DNA of 27,101 nt from Candidatus Heimdallarchaeota archaeon (GTDB lineage: Archaea > Asgardarchaeota > Heimdallarchaeia > Heimdallarchaeales > Heimdallarchaeaceae): positions 1 through 27,101 of the forward strand of contig JABCTC010000045.1 in the NCBI GenBank assembly GCA_018238545.1, in the 5' to 3' direction. Under the pieces are notes generated by a model. It had not been told where the DNA came from. It saw nothing but the letters and a program-made list of their open reading frames with translations, and ran no database searches. The number at the start of each line of letters is the position of its first letter. Position 1 is the stretch's first letter. This document shows positions 1-9,864 of the stretch, one piece after another. The translations under genes and the position numbers were made by a program.

Positions 1-74
1 ACCGTAAGCATCTTTGCAAGAAGCTGTGGGCGGTGTAGGAGGGTAAGTGGCGTCCCCATGATGTGCTCAGGCAC
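1..74 (+). mobile_element. 3' part of a GC-rich structured element; continues from the window's right end
   Basis: 39/70 G+C in 1-70. Hairpin AGC-A-TCTT-tgc-AAGA-A-GCT (7-25). GTGGGCGGTGT (26-36) pairs with GCACTACCC|AC across the 27101/1 join. Terminal hairpin GTGC-tcag-GCAC (63-74). Composition drops to AT-rich after ~75. Confidence 0.55.
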
Positions 75-137
75 TTCTAAAGAATTTGTACAAAATTCAT
101 GTCATATTCAATCTGAATCTTAGTGGAAAAAGAACAA

Positions 138-2030
138 TTAGGGGAAATCAAGTTTAGAATATTTTCCTCTATTAATTCTCACTAAAGCAACTGCTAAGAA
201 TGGGAGACCAATATAACTCAATTTTGCTGTAATTCTTGAGTGAACCATTACAAAAGAGTAATTCAAATCTGCATGAACATCATCAAAGCTATAAGGCATA
301 AGATCGCCCAGGTTTACTGAAGGATAGCTGATTTTTGATGCATATACTGAATTGGTAAATATGGTATTATTAGCAATCAAAGTGGTATCATTATCCCACA
401 AACCATCTCCAGTATTAGGGTTAACTTCAAATCTAGGATAATTAGAACTAGAAATATCGATCCTTAACTGATGACCTTCATTGAAATGGTAAGCTGTACT
501 ATCGAAAGGAATATTGATGTTATAGATAGTTCCTGGTGTCATGAAATTCCAACTAGAAACACTCTCCCTGTTTCTAACTCTCAAGATTGTGTCTGTAATT
601 AGCATTGAAGTATTGTCAGGATACACATCAGTAAGCTTCACTGTGAAATCTGTATCAGTGCAATTCGAGCTAATGAATAGAGAGACTTCAATTTGTCCAA
701 CAATTGTTATAGGTTCAGTTAGGATAGGTGATGAGAAAACTAACACGTCATCTCTTTCTTCCAGTGATTGTTGATCATAAGCACCAGCTGCGATATTGAG
801 GTTTCCTCCTCCAATTGTAGGGACGGGGGAATAAGGATTATAAACAAAATTTAGTTGATCCGATACACTTACACTAGCTGTTGGAAGAAGACTAAGATTG
901 TTGTAGAAGAAGAGGTCTTGAATTGAAGTATCAAGCGGCCACTTGTCAGATTGAAACCATCCATTACCGTTTGTATCTGGGTTAAATTTCGTAGAACTCA
1001 TCAGATAAAACGCAACGGCTGGAAGTTGATTCCACAAGGTGGAATTATCCTTTAACCATTTTTCAAACAAAGCATCACCCGCTTTAAACAAAATACTCAA
1101 ATCTTGATAAGGAAAGGTTATCTCTCCTGTAGGAACTGAGGCCATCCCATGAACCCATGGTCCCATGATTAACTTTGCATTCCCTAAAGCTGATGTTCCT
1201 CCTTGGTATTGATAGGCCATGAAAGCATTTATTGTGTCTTGACAAAAGATATCATAAAACCCACCTAGATGTAGTGATGCAGCATTAATATCTGAATAAT
1301 TGTTAACTATCCTTCCCCCGGACCAAAAATCATCTAGCATCTCATGTTCTTTAAGCAAATCAAGATTATCAGCAGGGTAACTGTTGCCATCCATCCAAGG
1401 AACAAGTAACTCGTAACGGAGTTGCCCCCCTCTAAAAGCTGCTGTATAGGTGTCAGTTGTTGCAACCATTGGCAATTGACAAACTAATGAATCTGGTGCA
1501 TTCGGTGCCATCATATATTGAGCTATTCCCAAAGCTGAAGGTCCCCAAGTTCCAATTTTATCATTACACCATTGCTGTTCAGAAATCCAGAGAAGTGAAT
1601 CATGGCCGTCTGTCTGTTCTGTAAAGAAAGGCATGCCTTTCTCACCATCAGATTCAAAGAAACCACGAAAATCTTGCAAGATTATAATGAAGTCACGTTG
1701 AACATATCCCGCTAAGAATGACCACATCATATCTTTTTCATAAGGTGTACGAACGAAAATTACAGGAAGTGATTCATTGATGTCTTTTGGTATATACACG
1801 TCAGTAGCCAGTTTAACCCCGTCCCTCATTGGGATCATATAGGGTACTTTGATATAATCATCATAGTAAGTACCATTAGCTGGAAACTCCCAGTTAAATT
1901 CTGGATCAGGCAAATTATTGTCTGGTAGATAAATAACAAGCAAAGTGATTGAAGTTGCAAGAACAATCGATGAAACTATTATTAGCGCTAGATACTTGGT
2001 CTTCATAGGTATATTATGTGTTAAGGACAT
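138..2030 (-). CDS. CocE/NonD family (peptidase S15, X-Pro dipeptidyl-peptidase-like) serine hydrolase, membrane-anchored
   Basis: Motifs MRDGVKLATDVY, RTPY, QDFRGFFESDG, nucleophile elbow GTWGPSALG, GGFYD, GPWVH, and C-terminal domain RIDISSSNYPRF. Hydrophobic N- and C-terminal helices. True start may be ATG at 2006. Confidence 0.92.
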   Translation of the reverse strand: MSLTHNIPMKTKYLALIIVSSIVLATSITLLVIYLPDNNLPDPEFNWEFPANGTYYDDYIKVPYMIPMRDGVKLATDVYIPKDINESLPVIFVRTPYEKDMMWSFLAGYVQRDFIIILQDFRGFFESDGEKGMPFFTEQTDGHDSLLWISEQQWCNDKIGTWGPSALGIAQYMMAPNAPDSLVCQLPMVATTDTYTAAFRGGQLRYELLVPWMDGNSYPADNLDLLKEHEMLDDFWSGGRIVNNYSDINAASLHLGGFYDIFCQDTINAFMAYQYQGGTSALGNAKLIMGPWVHGMASVPTGEITFPYQDLSILFKAGDALFEKWLKDNSTLWNQLPAVAFYLMSSTKFNPDTNGNGWFQSDKWPLDTSIQDLFFYNNLSLLPTASVSVSDQLNFVYNPYSPVPTIGGGNLNIAAGAYDQQSLEERDDVLVFSSPILTEPITIVGQIEVSLFISSNCTDTDFTVKLTDVYPDNTSMLITDTILRVRNRESVSSWNFMTPGTIYNINIPFDSTAYHFNEGHQLRIDISSSNYPRFEVNPNTGDGLWDNDTTLIANNTIFTNSVYASKISYPSVNLGDLMPYSFDDVHADLNYSFVMVHSRITAKLSYIGLPFLAVALVRINRGKYSKLDFP

Positions 2031-2069
2031 ATTTAATTTTTTAGTGTAATGGTTGAGAATTTTTTCAAA

Positions 2070-2732
2070 TTAGATATCCTTTAAACACCCTCTAATCTCT
2101 TCAATAAGTGCCGGTCTTTTGATTATTAATCCTAACCAAAAAACCACGTCCATGAGAAACCTACCTGAATCTCCAGTCATTTCAGCTGTCATAACCTTGT
2201 TGATGGCCTCTTCTGTAGCTGTTTCGATATTTTTGATTAACTCAGAATTAGAAATGGCATACCACTCCATTATCTTCTTCTCAAGGCACTCCACATCGAT
2301 TTGTTTCCCTGCAAAATTGTTTTGAAGAACATTGCTAATGAAATCAACAAGTGTTTTGCGAATTTTTATCATACCTTTATCTTCAATATCAGTGAAAGGA
2401 TTTGTTTCAACTCCGATTAGAAAGAATTTCGCAGTTACACCATATAGAGTGTCAGATTTATTGTTCTCATAAACTCTTTTACCACATTTAGTAACCATAT
2501 CTTTAACGGTTAACTTTCCTAAATAACGATAGATTGTTTTGATAGATTTCTCGTTCTTATCCTCCCGGTATTCCTCTAGAATATTACTAATAGTTAATGG
2601 ACCTTTATGATTGAGAATCCGACGCAAAAATAGATAATTTGAATCAAAGACAATCGGATCATTCCTTTCTGTAGGAATGTGTTTCATAGCTTTTGGAGAA
2701 TATCCTGGAGTTATTGCATCGTGATATTTCAT
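2070..2732 (-). CDS. Winged-helix (ArsR-like) transcriptional regulator
   Basis: HTH/wing pattern PLTISNILEEY...KSIKTIYRYLGKL...MVTKCGKRV...TLYGVTAKFF. Divergent from the ABC operon. Confidence 0.65.
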   Translation of the reverse strand: MKYHDAITPGYSPKAMKHIPTERNDPIVFDSNYLFLRRILNHKGPLTISNILEEYREDKNEKSIKTIYRYLGKLTVKDMVTKCGKRVYENNKSDTLYGVTAKFFLIGVETNPFTDIEDKGMIKIRKTLVDFISNVLQNNFAGKQIDVECLEKKIMEWYAISNSELIKNIETATEEAINKVMTAEMTGDSGRFLMDVVFWLGLIIKRPALIEEIRGCLKDI

Positions 2733-2785
2733 AAGCTAACCTTTTCTATCCTAATGTGACATTTGTACAAAGATTTAAAAATATT

Positions 2786-2801
2786 TCTCATAGATGTGAG
2801 A
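2786..2801. promoter_or_regulatory. Imperfect palindrome TCTCA-tagatg-TGAGA, candidate operator
   Basis: Lies in the divergent intergenic region between the wHTH gene and the ABC permease. Confidence 0.3.
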
Positions 2802-2962
2802 TTATTTTCTTATCTCCATAAGATTTATAAATGTTCAAACTTCACAGATATAAAAAGATGATAATTTTCCTTGAAATCCCTTTGCTAATATCTCTTTATT
2901 AATCACTTGGAACATATCTTCTCTATTTAATAAAACATATATAAGTATCAATTAAAATTGGT

Positions 2963-5900
2963 GTGATTGTGTTGAAAAACAAGACCAGAATACTACTACT
3001 AACTATATTACTTATTATGGCTCCTATTTTCACGTTCTCTACTGCAGCTGACAATGAAGAAATTCTCTATATGACAGGATTTGAAGAAGGAGGAGGAATC
3101 GAAGAATCATTTCCAGTAGTAGACATGAATGGTGATTTACATGTTTTCATGCATATCGTAACAGCTGATACTGATCGATTAATTCATCTTTATTATATCG
3201 ATGGCGAAACGATTTTCGATATTATTGTAGAAGATGCAATTGGTCTTGAACTTCGAACAACATATAACACAGACATAAATATCGGCTTAGTATACAGCGT
3301 TTTTACTCTTCTGGGAGACTTGGTTTTTTATAATTATAATTGGATGCCAACTAATATTCAAACCAGAGAAATCTATTCAATCACACAACATGATTTACTT
3401 TACATAACATATTTTGATGTTGAATATGCTAACGGTTTTCTCCACATATTTCACAATAAGTATGATGACCATGATATGACTACATTGAACATGACACATC
3501 ATTTTGGTTTTCTTAGTTTTTGGAATACTGAAACATTTGTTATAACTCCCCCTTCTCTTTATCAAAATGTTGTAGAAACAATAGTAGATAGAAATGGTGA
3601 TTTGTGGTATTTGTATGACTATACTGGTCCATATGGCATTGGCATAGGGGTTCTAAATAGCGCCATGGGGATGATGATACCTGTTGATCAACAAGGTTTC
3701 ACTGGTGTCTCTTATGAAGTTGAGAAAGTTATTGCAGTAGTTGAAGATACAGATTTGTTTAGTTTTATGTTCTTAAATCCAAGCAGAATGTTCTGGGGTA
3801 CTTTTGATGGAATTGATATTAAAGAATATTCTCAAGCTATCTCTTACACCAATCCTTCAGATTTTAATTACAAAGTTGAAGGAGATACTAGGTTTCTAAT
3901 TCTTTCTGACGTGCAAGGGAGTACAAATTTTGTTAATTTATATTATGCCTCTTTGGTATCTGAGACTTGGCTATTTAACCCAATACCAGTGTCAAATCAT
4001 GTCTCAGATGGCTTCTTCTCAACATTCATCTACGGAGAAAATTATGTTCTTTTGTATAATACTACCGTCGCCCCAACCGATTACAGTCCAACGATAGGTG
4101 TTCAATATATAGAAGAAGAAGCGATTAGTTTATTCACTATAACATCCGAAAAACTTGATTCATCAATTTATATTGAAAATCTTACTCCATTTAACCCTTG
4201 GGTAGACTTCTTCACGACACAATGGTATGTTCTGGTTATCATAGTAGTAGTATTGGCACTTCTAATTACTTTATTAGTAATTTATATAAGAAGAAACAGG
4301 GAAAAACTTTCAACTTTTCTAACAGACACTCAAGTTGGAGACCACTCAAAATTTGTCCTGTTCTTCAAAAATGTAGCTAGATACATAAAAAATGTAACAG
4401 ATACTGTTGTTACAATATGGACATCAAATAAGAAAAGAACTATTCTCACTCTAACCGGTTTTATAATAACAGGTTATCTATTGAGTTCAGCGATTATCAT
4501 CGCTCAATCCGAAGAATCTGCAATGATTAAAGCTTATTATGAAGCAAACTCAATGCTAACTGATTCCAACGTTTCAGCAAGAGTGATCACATCACTCATA
4601 TCAAATGGAATAGACAATTTTACTATTGAAGATGATTATGCCAATCTTGCAAAACAAGAAATCCTCGATATATATAGTGGTATGCACGTGCAAAAATATG
4701 TGGATCAAGTAATATCAGCTTACTCTACGTCAACGTATGTATATTATCAGTACACTGAAACTCAATTCTATCAGAATAGCTACGATTTTGTAGGCTTACC
4801 AGATGATTCTGATAGATTTATGCAAACCCTAATTTATGAAGGTCGAGTACCTGAAAACAAGAATGAAGTTATAATAAGTTACAGGTTATCTCAAGATGTT
4901 TCAAGATATGAGCAAATACAAATCAATGATACAATAATGGTTATTGCATCAAATGAAAATGTAGGAGGACAAGCATATAACTACATGATAAATGCTACAG
5001 TAGTTGGTTTCTTCAGTCCGCTAAATATTGCACAACTTAGAAAAATTTCTACATATCTAGACCTTCCTAATGATATCTATTCTGTAGTTGACGAAAAAGA
5101 AATTCTAACAAAAGAGAGTTTATTCTTTGACTTCTTTAATAAAAATGATACTAAACTCGGACTAAATATTGTACGTGGGTATTATCAATTTGATTATAGT
5201 TTTGATGATTTTAGGATAGATGAAAGAGCAACACTGGTAACTGAACAAGAGGAGCTTGAAGGGAAAGTCTTTACTTTCAGCTTTGACACATTATCTGCTG
5301 TTACTATAGGCGTAAAAAATTCTCAAGGTGTATATTCTTCAGAAATCAAAGAATTCTTTGAGGATTTCAATACTTACTATCTAAATAACATGGCTAGATT
5401 GTTGATTTTTGCCATACCTGCTATACTGCTCTCAATCTTCATGGTATTTGAATCTTCAGAATTGTTTTCGTCAAGTTATGAAAGCGAAATTAATATCTTA
5501 AGAAACCGTGGTATACCAAATAAGCAAATAACGTCAATATATCTGTCAATACGATTCTTTGAAATTGTTATTGCAAGCGTAATTAGCTTTGGAATAGCGA
5601 TTCTAACGGCAATACCATTGATAAAAGTAAACGGTTTCATAACTTTTAGAAATCAAGATACAAATCTAGTTATCGGGAATGTACCGGTTGAATTAGCAAT
5701 TGTATTTGTGTTTTTATTTGTAATCTCAGTACCCAGAATCTTGATGATCATAAGAAGAAAGAGAAGTGTAGAAAAAGCACCAAGCACATTCATGAAAATT
5801 GTAAAAGCAATTTCATGGAGAGATTTATTCTTCTTACTGATAGGGATAGCACTATTCTGGTATTTCTACAATCAAGCCTTTGCAGCGTACTATGAATCAC

Positions 5901-7222
5901 ATGTAGAGAATTTTACAATATATTTATATCTGACAATTGTAGGGGCAATATTCACTTTAATAGGTGGATTGCCAATAGTCATTAAAATTCTATCAATGAT
6001 ATGGAAAGGTATAGGGTATACTTTGTGGAAAGCAGGAAAATCAAAAACAAGTTTCCTATTCTCAGAAATTAGCAAGGACATTAAGTATTTTGAAAATATA
6101 ACGTTGATATTCTTACTGATAGTATGTATACTAGTTCCAGTATTAATTGTTCCATATTCAAAAGAAAGCACGTTGAGTCAGCAAGCCTATTTCATAAACG
6201 GAGCGGATGTAAAAGTTGAAAGATGGAATAAAATAACTCAGATAAGTGAGGAACAAATAGAAGCAATGCCAGAAGTAAGGTTTGCGACAAATGTTAAAGT
6301 GTATACAATGTATTCAGGTTCATATTCGAATACTAGGATAGTAGTAATCAATACGACGGAGTTTACGAATATCATACAGAAACCACCTCAAACGGTATCA
6401 GATTTGGCATGGTCAAAGATGAAACAATTGACAAGTTCAACAGTGATTGTTTCAAAATCTGTTGCACAGATATTTAACAAAGAGCTTGGGGAATACATGT
6501 CGTTTATGGCATTAGTAGGAAACACTACCTTAGTGCATAGATTGGAAATATTAGAGTTCTTTGAACTGTTTCCAGTATATTATGATGAAGAGGAAGCAGC
6601 AGATAAAAGGACAATGATGATAATGTCATACGAGGCATTTGATGAAATAGATGAGATCATTACGACAAGATTGAAAACTTTTGATGACCTATATATCAAG
6701 TTGTATGATGTAAATAAAGCAGAAGAAGTGAAAAGGGAGATATTTCCATTCACAGGAGGGCAAGTAGTAAAGACAATGGAAGACGTGAAAGATAAACTAA
6801 AAACACCTCTTTACAATATTTTCATCATAGAGATGATACTATCACTTTTTGTAGCATCATTAGTACTAGTATTTTCTAGCTTTACAACATCAATAAAGAT
6901 TCTAGAAAGAAGAGTGGTGAAACACGACATAATGAAGAAGATGGGAATAAATGTTCCGATGATAATAAACATGTCAGCGATTCAGACGCTAGTAGCAGCA
7001 ATACTGCCGTCGATGATAATAGGAACGGCTGTGGGGTTGTTAGCAGTGAAACCAACTTTGATACAATTAAGTTACGGCACAACTCCATATGAAATGTACG
7101 TGAATTATCCATGGCTAATGATATCGATGCTATTAGTGGGAATACCTTTGATGATCTACCTATTTATGAACCTCTTCCTGAAAAGAGAATTTGGGAAATA
7201 TGCACCAACAATTATGGAGTAG
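2963..7222 (+). CDS. Large FtsX/MacB-type ABC transporter permease with extra N-terminal extracellular domain
   Basis: Signal peptide, ~390-aa beta-rich ectodomain and TM helix. Then WTSNKKRTILTLTG, EGRVPENKNEVII, and two FtsX-like motifs (EINILRNRG; HDIMKKMG), plus GADVKV. Confidence 0.88.
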   Translation: MIVLKNKTRILLLTILLIMAPIFTFSTAADNEEILYMTGFEEGGGIEESFPVVDMNGDLHVFMHIVTADTDRLIHLYYIDGETIFDIIVEDAIGLELRTTYNTDINIGLVYSVFTLLGDLVFYNYNWMPTNIQTREIYSITQHDLLYITYFDVEYANGFLHIFHNKYDDHDMTTLNMTHHFGFLSFWNTETFVITPPSLYQNVVETIVDRNGDLWYLYDYTGPYGIGIGVLNSAMGMMIPVDQQGFTGVSYEVEKVIAVVEDTDLFSFMFLNPSRMFWGTFDGIDIKEYSQAISYTNPSDFNYKVEGDTRFLILSDVQGSTNFVNLYYASLVSETWLFNPIPVSNHVSDGFFSTFIYGENYVLLYNTTVAPTDYSPTIGVQYIEEEAISLFTITSEKLDSSIYIENLTPFNPWVDFFTTQWYVLVIIVVVLALLITLLVIYIRRNREKLSTFLTDTQVGDHSKFVLFFKNVARYIKNVTDTVVTIWTSNKKRTILTLTGFIITGYLLSSAIIIAQSEESAMIKAYYEANSMLTDSNVSARVITSLISNGIDNFTIEDDYANLAKQEILDIYSGMHVQKYVDQVISAYSTSTYVYYQYTETQFYQNSYDFVGLPDDSDRFMQTLIYEGRVPENKNEVIISYRLSQDVSRYEQIQINDTIMVIASNENVGGQAYNYMINATVVGFFSPLNIAQLRKISTYLDLPNDIYSVVDEKEILTKESLFFDFFNKNDTKLGLNIVRGYYQFDYSFDDFRIDERATLVTEQEELEGKVFTFSFDTLSAVTIGVKNSQGVYSSEIKEFFEDFNTYYLNNMARLLIFAIPAILLSIFMVFESSELFSSSYESEINILRNRGIPNKQITSIYLSIRFFEIVIASVISFGIAILTAIPLIKVNGFITFRNQDTNLVIGNVPVELAIVFVFLFVISVPRILMIIRRKRSVEKAPSTFMKIVKAISWRDLFFLLIGIALFWYFYNQAFAAYYESHVENFTIYLYLTIVGAIFTLIGGLPIVIKILSMIWKGIGYTLWKAGKSKTSFLFSEISKDIKYFENITLIFLLIVCILVPVLIVPYSKESTLSQQAYFINGADVKVERWNKITQISEEQIEAMPEVRFATNVKVYTMYSGSYSNTRIVVINTTEFTNIIQKPPQTVSDLAWSKMKQLTSSTVIVSKSVAQIFNKELGEYMSFMALVGNTTLVHRLEILEFFELFPVYYDEEEAADKRTMMIMSYEAFDEIDEIITTRLKTFDDLYIKLYDVNKAEEVKREIFPFTGGQVVKTMEDVKDKLKTPLYNIFIIEMILSLFVASLVLVFSSFTTSIKILERRVVKHDIMKKMGINVPMIINMSAIQTLVAAILPSMIIGTAVGLLAVKPTLIQLSYGTTPYEMYVNYPWLMISMLLVGIPLMIYLFMNLFLKREFGKYAPTIME

Positions 7223-7228
7223 AAAAAC

Positions 7229-8992
7229 ATGATAATATGCAAAGATCTAATTAAAGTGTACCATGATCCTGTAACAGATGTAAAAGTCTCCGCGCTTCGA
7301 GGACTTGACCTTTTCATCAAAGAAGGAGAAGTAGCATCGATCATCGGACCTTCAGGTGCTGGGAAGAGTACATTGGTAAAGATATTGTCCGGAATACTGA
7401 AACCAAGTGGAGGGTCAGTATATATAGGTGAGACAAACATAGCTGAATTAAACGAGAAAAATATGAGAAAATTCAGATTTGAGAGAATGGGAATTGTAAA
7501 CCAACATGTGCACCAAAATCTATTGTCTAATTTAACGGTGGAAAAGAATATCATGCTACCGATGAAAATGAGATATGTCAATAGACAAACAGTGAAAAAA
7601 GATACAGATGAACTAATAAAATTGCTAAATTTAAGTAAAATAAGAACAAATCCAGTGACAAAAATAAGTGGAGGAGAAGCAGTAAGAACTAGTATAGGTG
7701 TGGCTTTAGCAAAGAAACCAACAATGTTACTGGCCGATGAACCAACAGGACAACTTGATACGGCAAATACAAACGACATCATAGCTACTTTCAAAGATCT
7801 CAATGAACAAAGCAATACGACTATACTTGTTGTAACTCACGATCTTCGATTTAGAAATGCTTTCAAGAAAAGTTTCATTATACGTGACGGTCGTTTAGTT
7901 GGAGTTAATCTTGACGTCGATAGAAGCGAACTAGAGTTTATTCTAAGACCACAAGAATCTACACTTCAATCTGTTATAGATAGTTCTCAATTCGTTAGGT
8001 TACCAGACGAAATCTATGTTGCTGGTAATTACAAACACATGGTTGAATTCGACATCCATCCTTCAAAGAAAATTGCTTTCATGTTTAACCCAAGTGATGT
8101 AAGCGCGGATCAGATACAAGACATACTTGATGATTATTCTGCTATGGAAGAGCAACCTGATACTGAATTGGAACAAAATGAAGACGGTAAGGTATCTTTC
8201 GACGAAATCAGACCTCTACTTGAACAGCAATTTGAATATCCTAAAAATGGACAGCCAATTATTGAAATTTCAAATCTTTTCAAGTCATTCCCTGCAGGAA
8301 GAATAACTAACGATGTTCTAAAGGACGTGTCATTTACTGTAAATGAAGGGGACTTTGTTGTTATTTCAGGTAAAAGTGGAGCAGGAAAAACAACTTTGAT
8401 GAATGTAGTATCTGGTGTAGAAACACCTGATGATGGTGAAATCAAAATAAAGGATTTCGATATAGTAAAAGGTGATTCAAGAGATATAGCAAACTTCCGG
8501 TTTAATGAATTAGCTATGATAAGCCAAGTTAATAATCTCTTCAAACAGTACACCGTTCAAGAAAACATGATAATTCCTAGAATCTTCAACTCAGCTAACC
8601 ATTTCACTACAGAAGATGTTCCTGGAATCGCTGAAAGTGTGGAAATCGATCACAAACTCCATCAATATGGAGTGGAATTATCTGCAGGAGAACGTCAAAG
8701 AGCTGCTCTCGCTATAGCTTTAGCACGAAAAGCACCTATCATCTTCGCCGACGAACCAACAGCTAATGTCGACTCAAGACTTGCTAGAAATATTATCACT
8801 CTACTTATGGAAACAGCGAAGCAATATGGCACGACAATACTTATGTCAACCCACGACTTATCTCTTGTAAGACCTGGTTTCAGATTGATACGTTTGCAAG
8901 ATGGGATAATAATTGATGATATGAGAGTTACTAAGGATAAACTAAAAGGTATTATCGAAGATTATCTCAATATAGAAATAGCAGATAAATAA
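7229..8992 (+). CDS. LolD/MacB-type ABC ATP-binding protein with two fused ATPase domains
   Basis: Walker A GPSGAGKS and GKSGAGKT. Signatures ISGGE and LSAGE. Walker B LLADEPT and IFADEPT. H-loops VTHD and STHD. Confidence 0.95.
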   Translation: MIICKDLIKVYHDPVTDVKVSALRGLDLFIKEGEVASIIGPSGAGKSTLVKILSGILKPSGGSVYIGETNIAELNEKNMRKFRFERMGIVNQHVHQNLLSNLTVEKNIMLPMKMRYVNRQTVKKDTDELIKLLNLSKIRTNPVTKISGGEAVRTSIGVALAKKPTMLLADEPTGQLDTANTNDIIATFKDLNEQSNTTILVVTHDLRFRNAFKKSFIIRDGRLVGVNLDVDRSELEFILRPQESTLQSVIDSSQFVRLPDEIYVAGNYKHMVEFDIHPSKKIAFMFNPSDVSADQIQDILDDYSAMEEQPDTELEQNEDGKVSFDEIRPLLEQQFEYPKNGQPIIEISNLFKSFPAGRITNDVLKDVSFTVNEGDFVVISGKSGAGKTTLMNVVSGVETPDDGEIKIKDFDIVKGDSRDIANFRFNELAMISQVNNLFKQYTVQENMIIPRIFNSANHFTTEDVPGIAESVEIDHKLHQYGVELSAGERQRAALAIALARKAPIIFADEPTANVDSRLARNIITLLMETAKQYGTTILMSTHDLSLVRPGFRLIRLQDGIIIDDMRVTKDKLKGIIEDYLNIEIADK

Positions 8993-9010
8993 AGCAGAAA
9001 TATCTGCTTT
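8991..9010. terminator. Hairpin between convergent genes, followed by a T-rich tract
   Basis: AAAGCAGA-aata-TCTGCTTT then CTTTCATATTTTT. Confidence 0.55.
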
Positions 9011-9038
9011 CTTTCATATTTTTATTTTAATTAGATAA

Positions 9039-9797
9039 TTATTTTATCGTCATTTCGGTAACGGATGAAAGGATAATATCTGCATCAACCAATTCTTTTT
9101 CTGTTGATTTTCCAGTTAAAACACCTATGCAACCGAGATTGCCAGCGTTCTTTCCTAGAAGCATATCGCGATTATCATCACCAACTACAATTGATTTTGT
9201 AACATCAACATCCATTACTTTACAAGCATATTGTAACATATCAGGTGCAGGTTTGCGTTGATATGGCGAATCAACATCTATACCTAAGATTAAATCAAAA
9301 TGTTTTCGTATCCCAGCACTTTTCATGTGTTTGGTTGCTGGATTGGTACTATCATGAGTGAAGACAATAATCTTTACACCAGTCGCATCAAGTTTCTCTA
9401 ATAATTCCTTCACACCAGGATAAGGTTTGATGTATGCACTAAAATCAACTTTATCGTCAACTTGATCAAAAACATCTGAAAGCTCACCTATTGTAGCATT
9501 AACAGAGAAGTTTTGTAGAAAATCACGGACATTACGCAAATTGTTAACTCTAGGTTCATGAATTGATCCACCTTCAATAATAGTGTTAGTTTTGGGATCA
9601 ACACCAAATAACTCGAGAAGTTGATCGTAAGCTTCTTCAGGAAGTTTATATTTTTTAACTATAACTTCCGAACGTTGTTGCATAACTGGGATATACATGC
9701 ATATGTCTAGAAGTGTGCCATCTTTGTCAAAACCGACAAGCTCGACATCTTGGAACTTCTTATCTCCACACTTAATGGTTACCATACGAATGAACAA
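9039..9797 (-). CDS. HAD superfamily hydrolase (phosphoglycolate phosphatase-like)
   Basis: FDKDGTL (motif I), PYPGV, RKPAPD, VVGDDNRD. Likely start ATG at 9785. Confidence 0.92.
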   Translation of the reverse strand: MFIRMVTIKCGDKKFQDVELVGFDKDGTLLDICMYIPVMQQRSEVIVKKYKLPEEAYDQLLELFGVDPKTNTIIEGGSIHEPRVNNLRNVRDFLQNFSVNATIGELSDVFDQVDDKVDFSAYIKPYPGVKELLEKLDATGVKIIVFTHDSTNPATKHMKSAGIRKHFDLILGIDVDSPYQRKPAPDMLQYACKVMDVDVTKSIVVGDDNRDMLLGKNAGNLGCIGVLTGKSTEKELVDADIILSSVTEMTIK

Positions 9798-9864
9798 AAG
9801 TTAAACAGTTTAATAATATTACGTATTGAAGGGAAATGAGTATTAATCTAGTCTATTGATTTTT

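Noticed and set aside
28-36. GGGCGGTGT resembles the reverse complement of the 16S rRNA 1390 region
   Set aside because: Flanking bases do not follow the rRNA consensus.
7156-7815. 219-aa minus-strand ORF and other short antisense or overlapping ORFs (e.g. 8134-8553, 22717-23103, 17801-18064)
   Set aside because: Shadow frames of well-supported genes.
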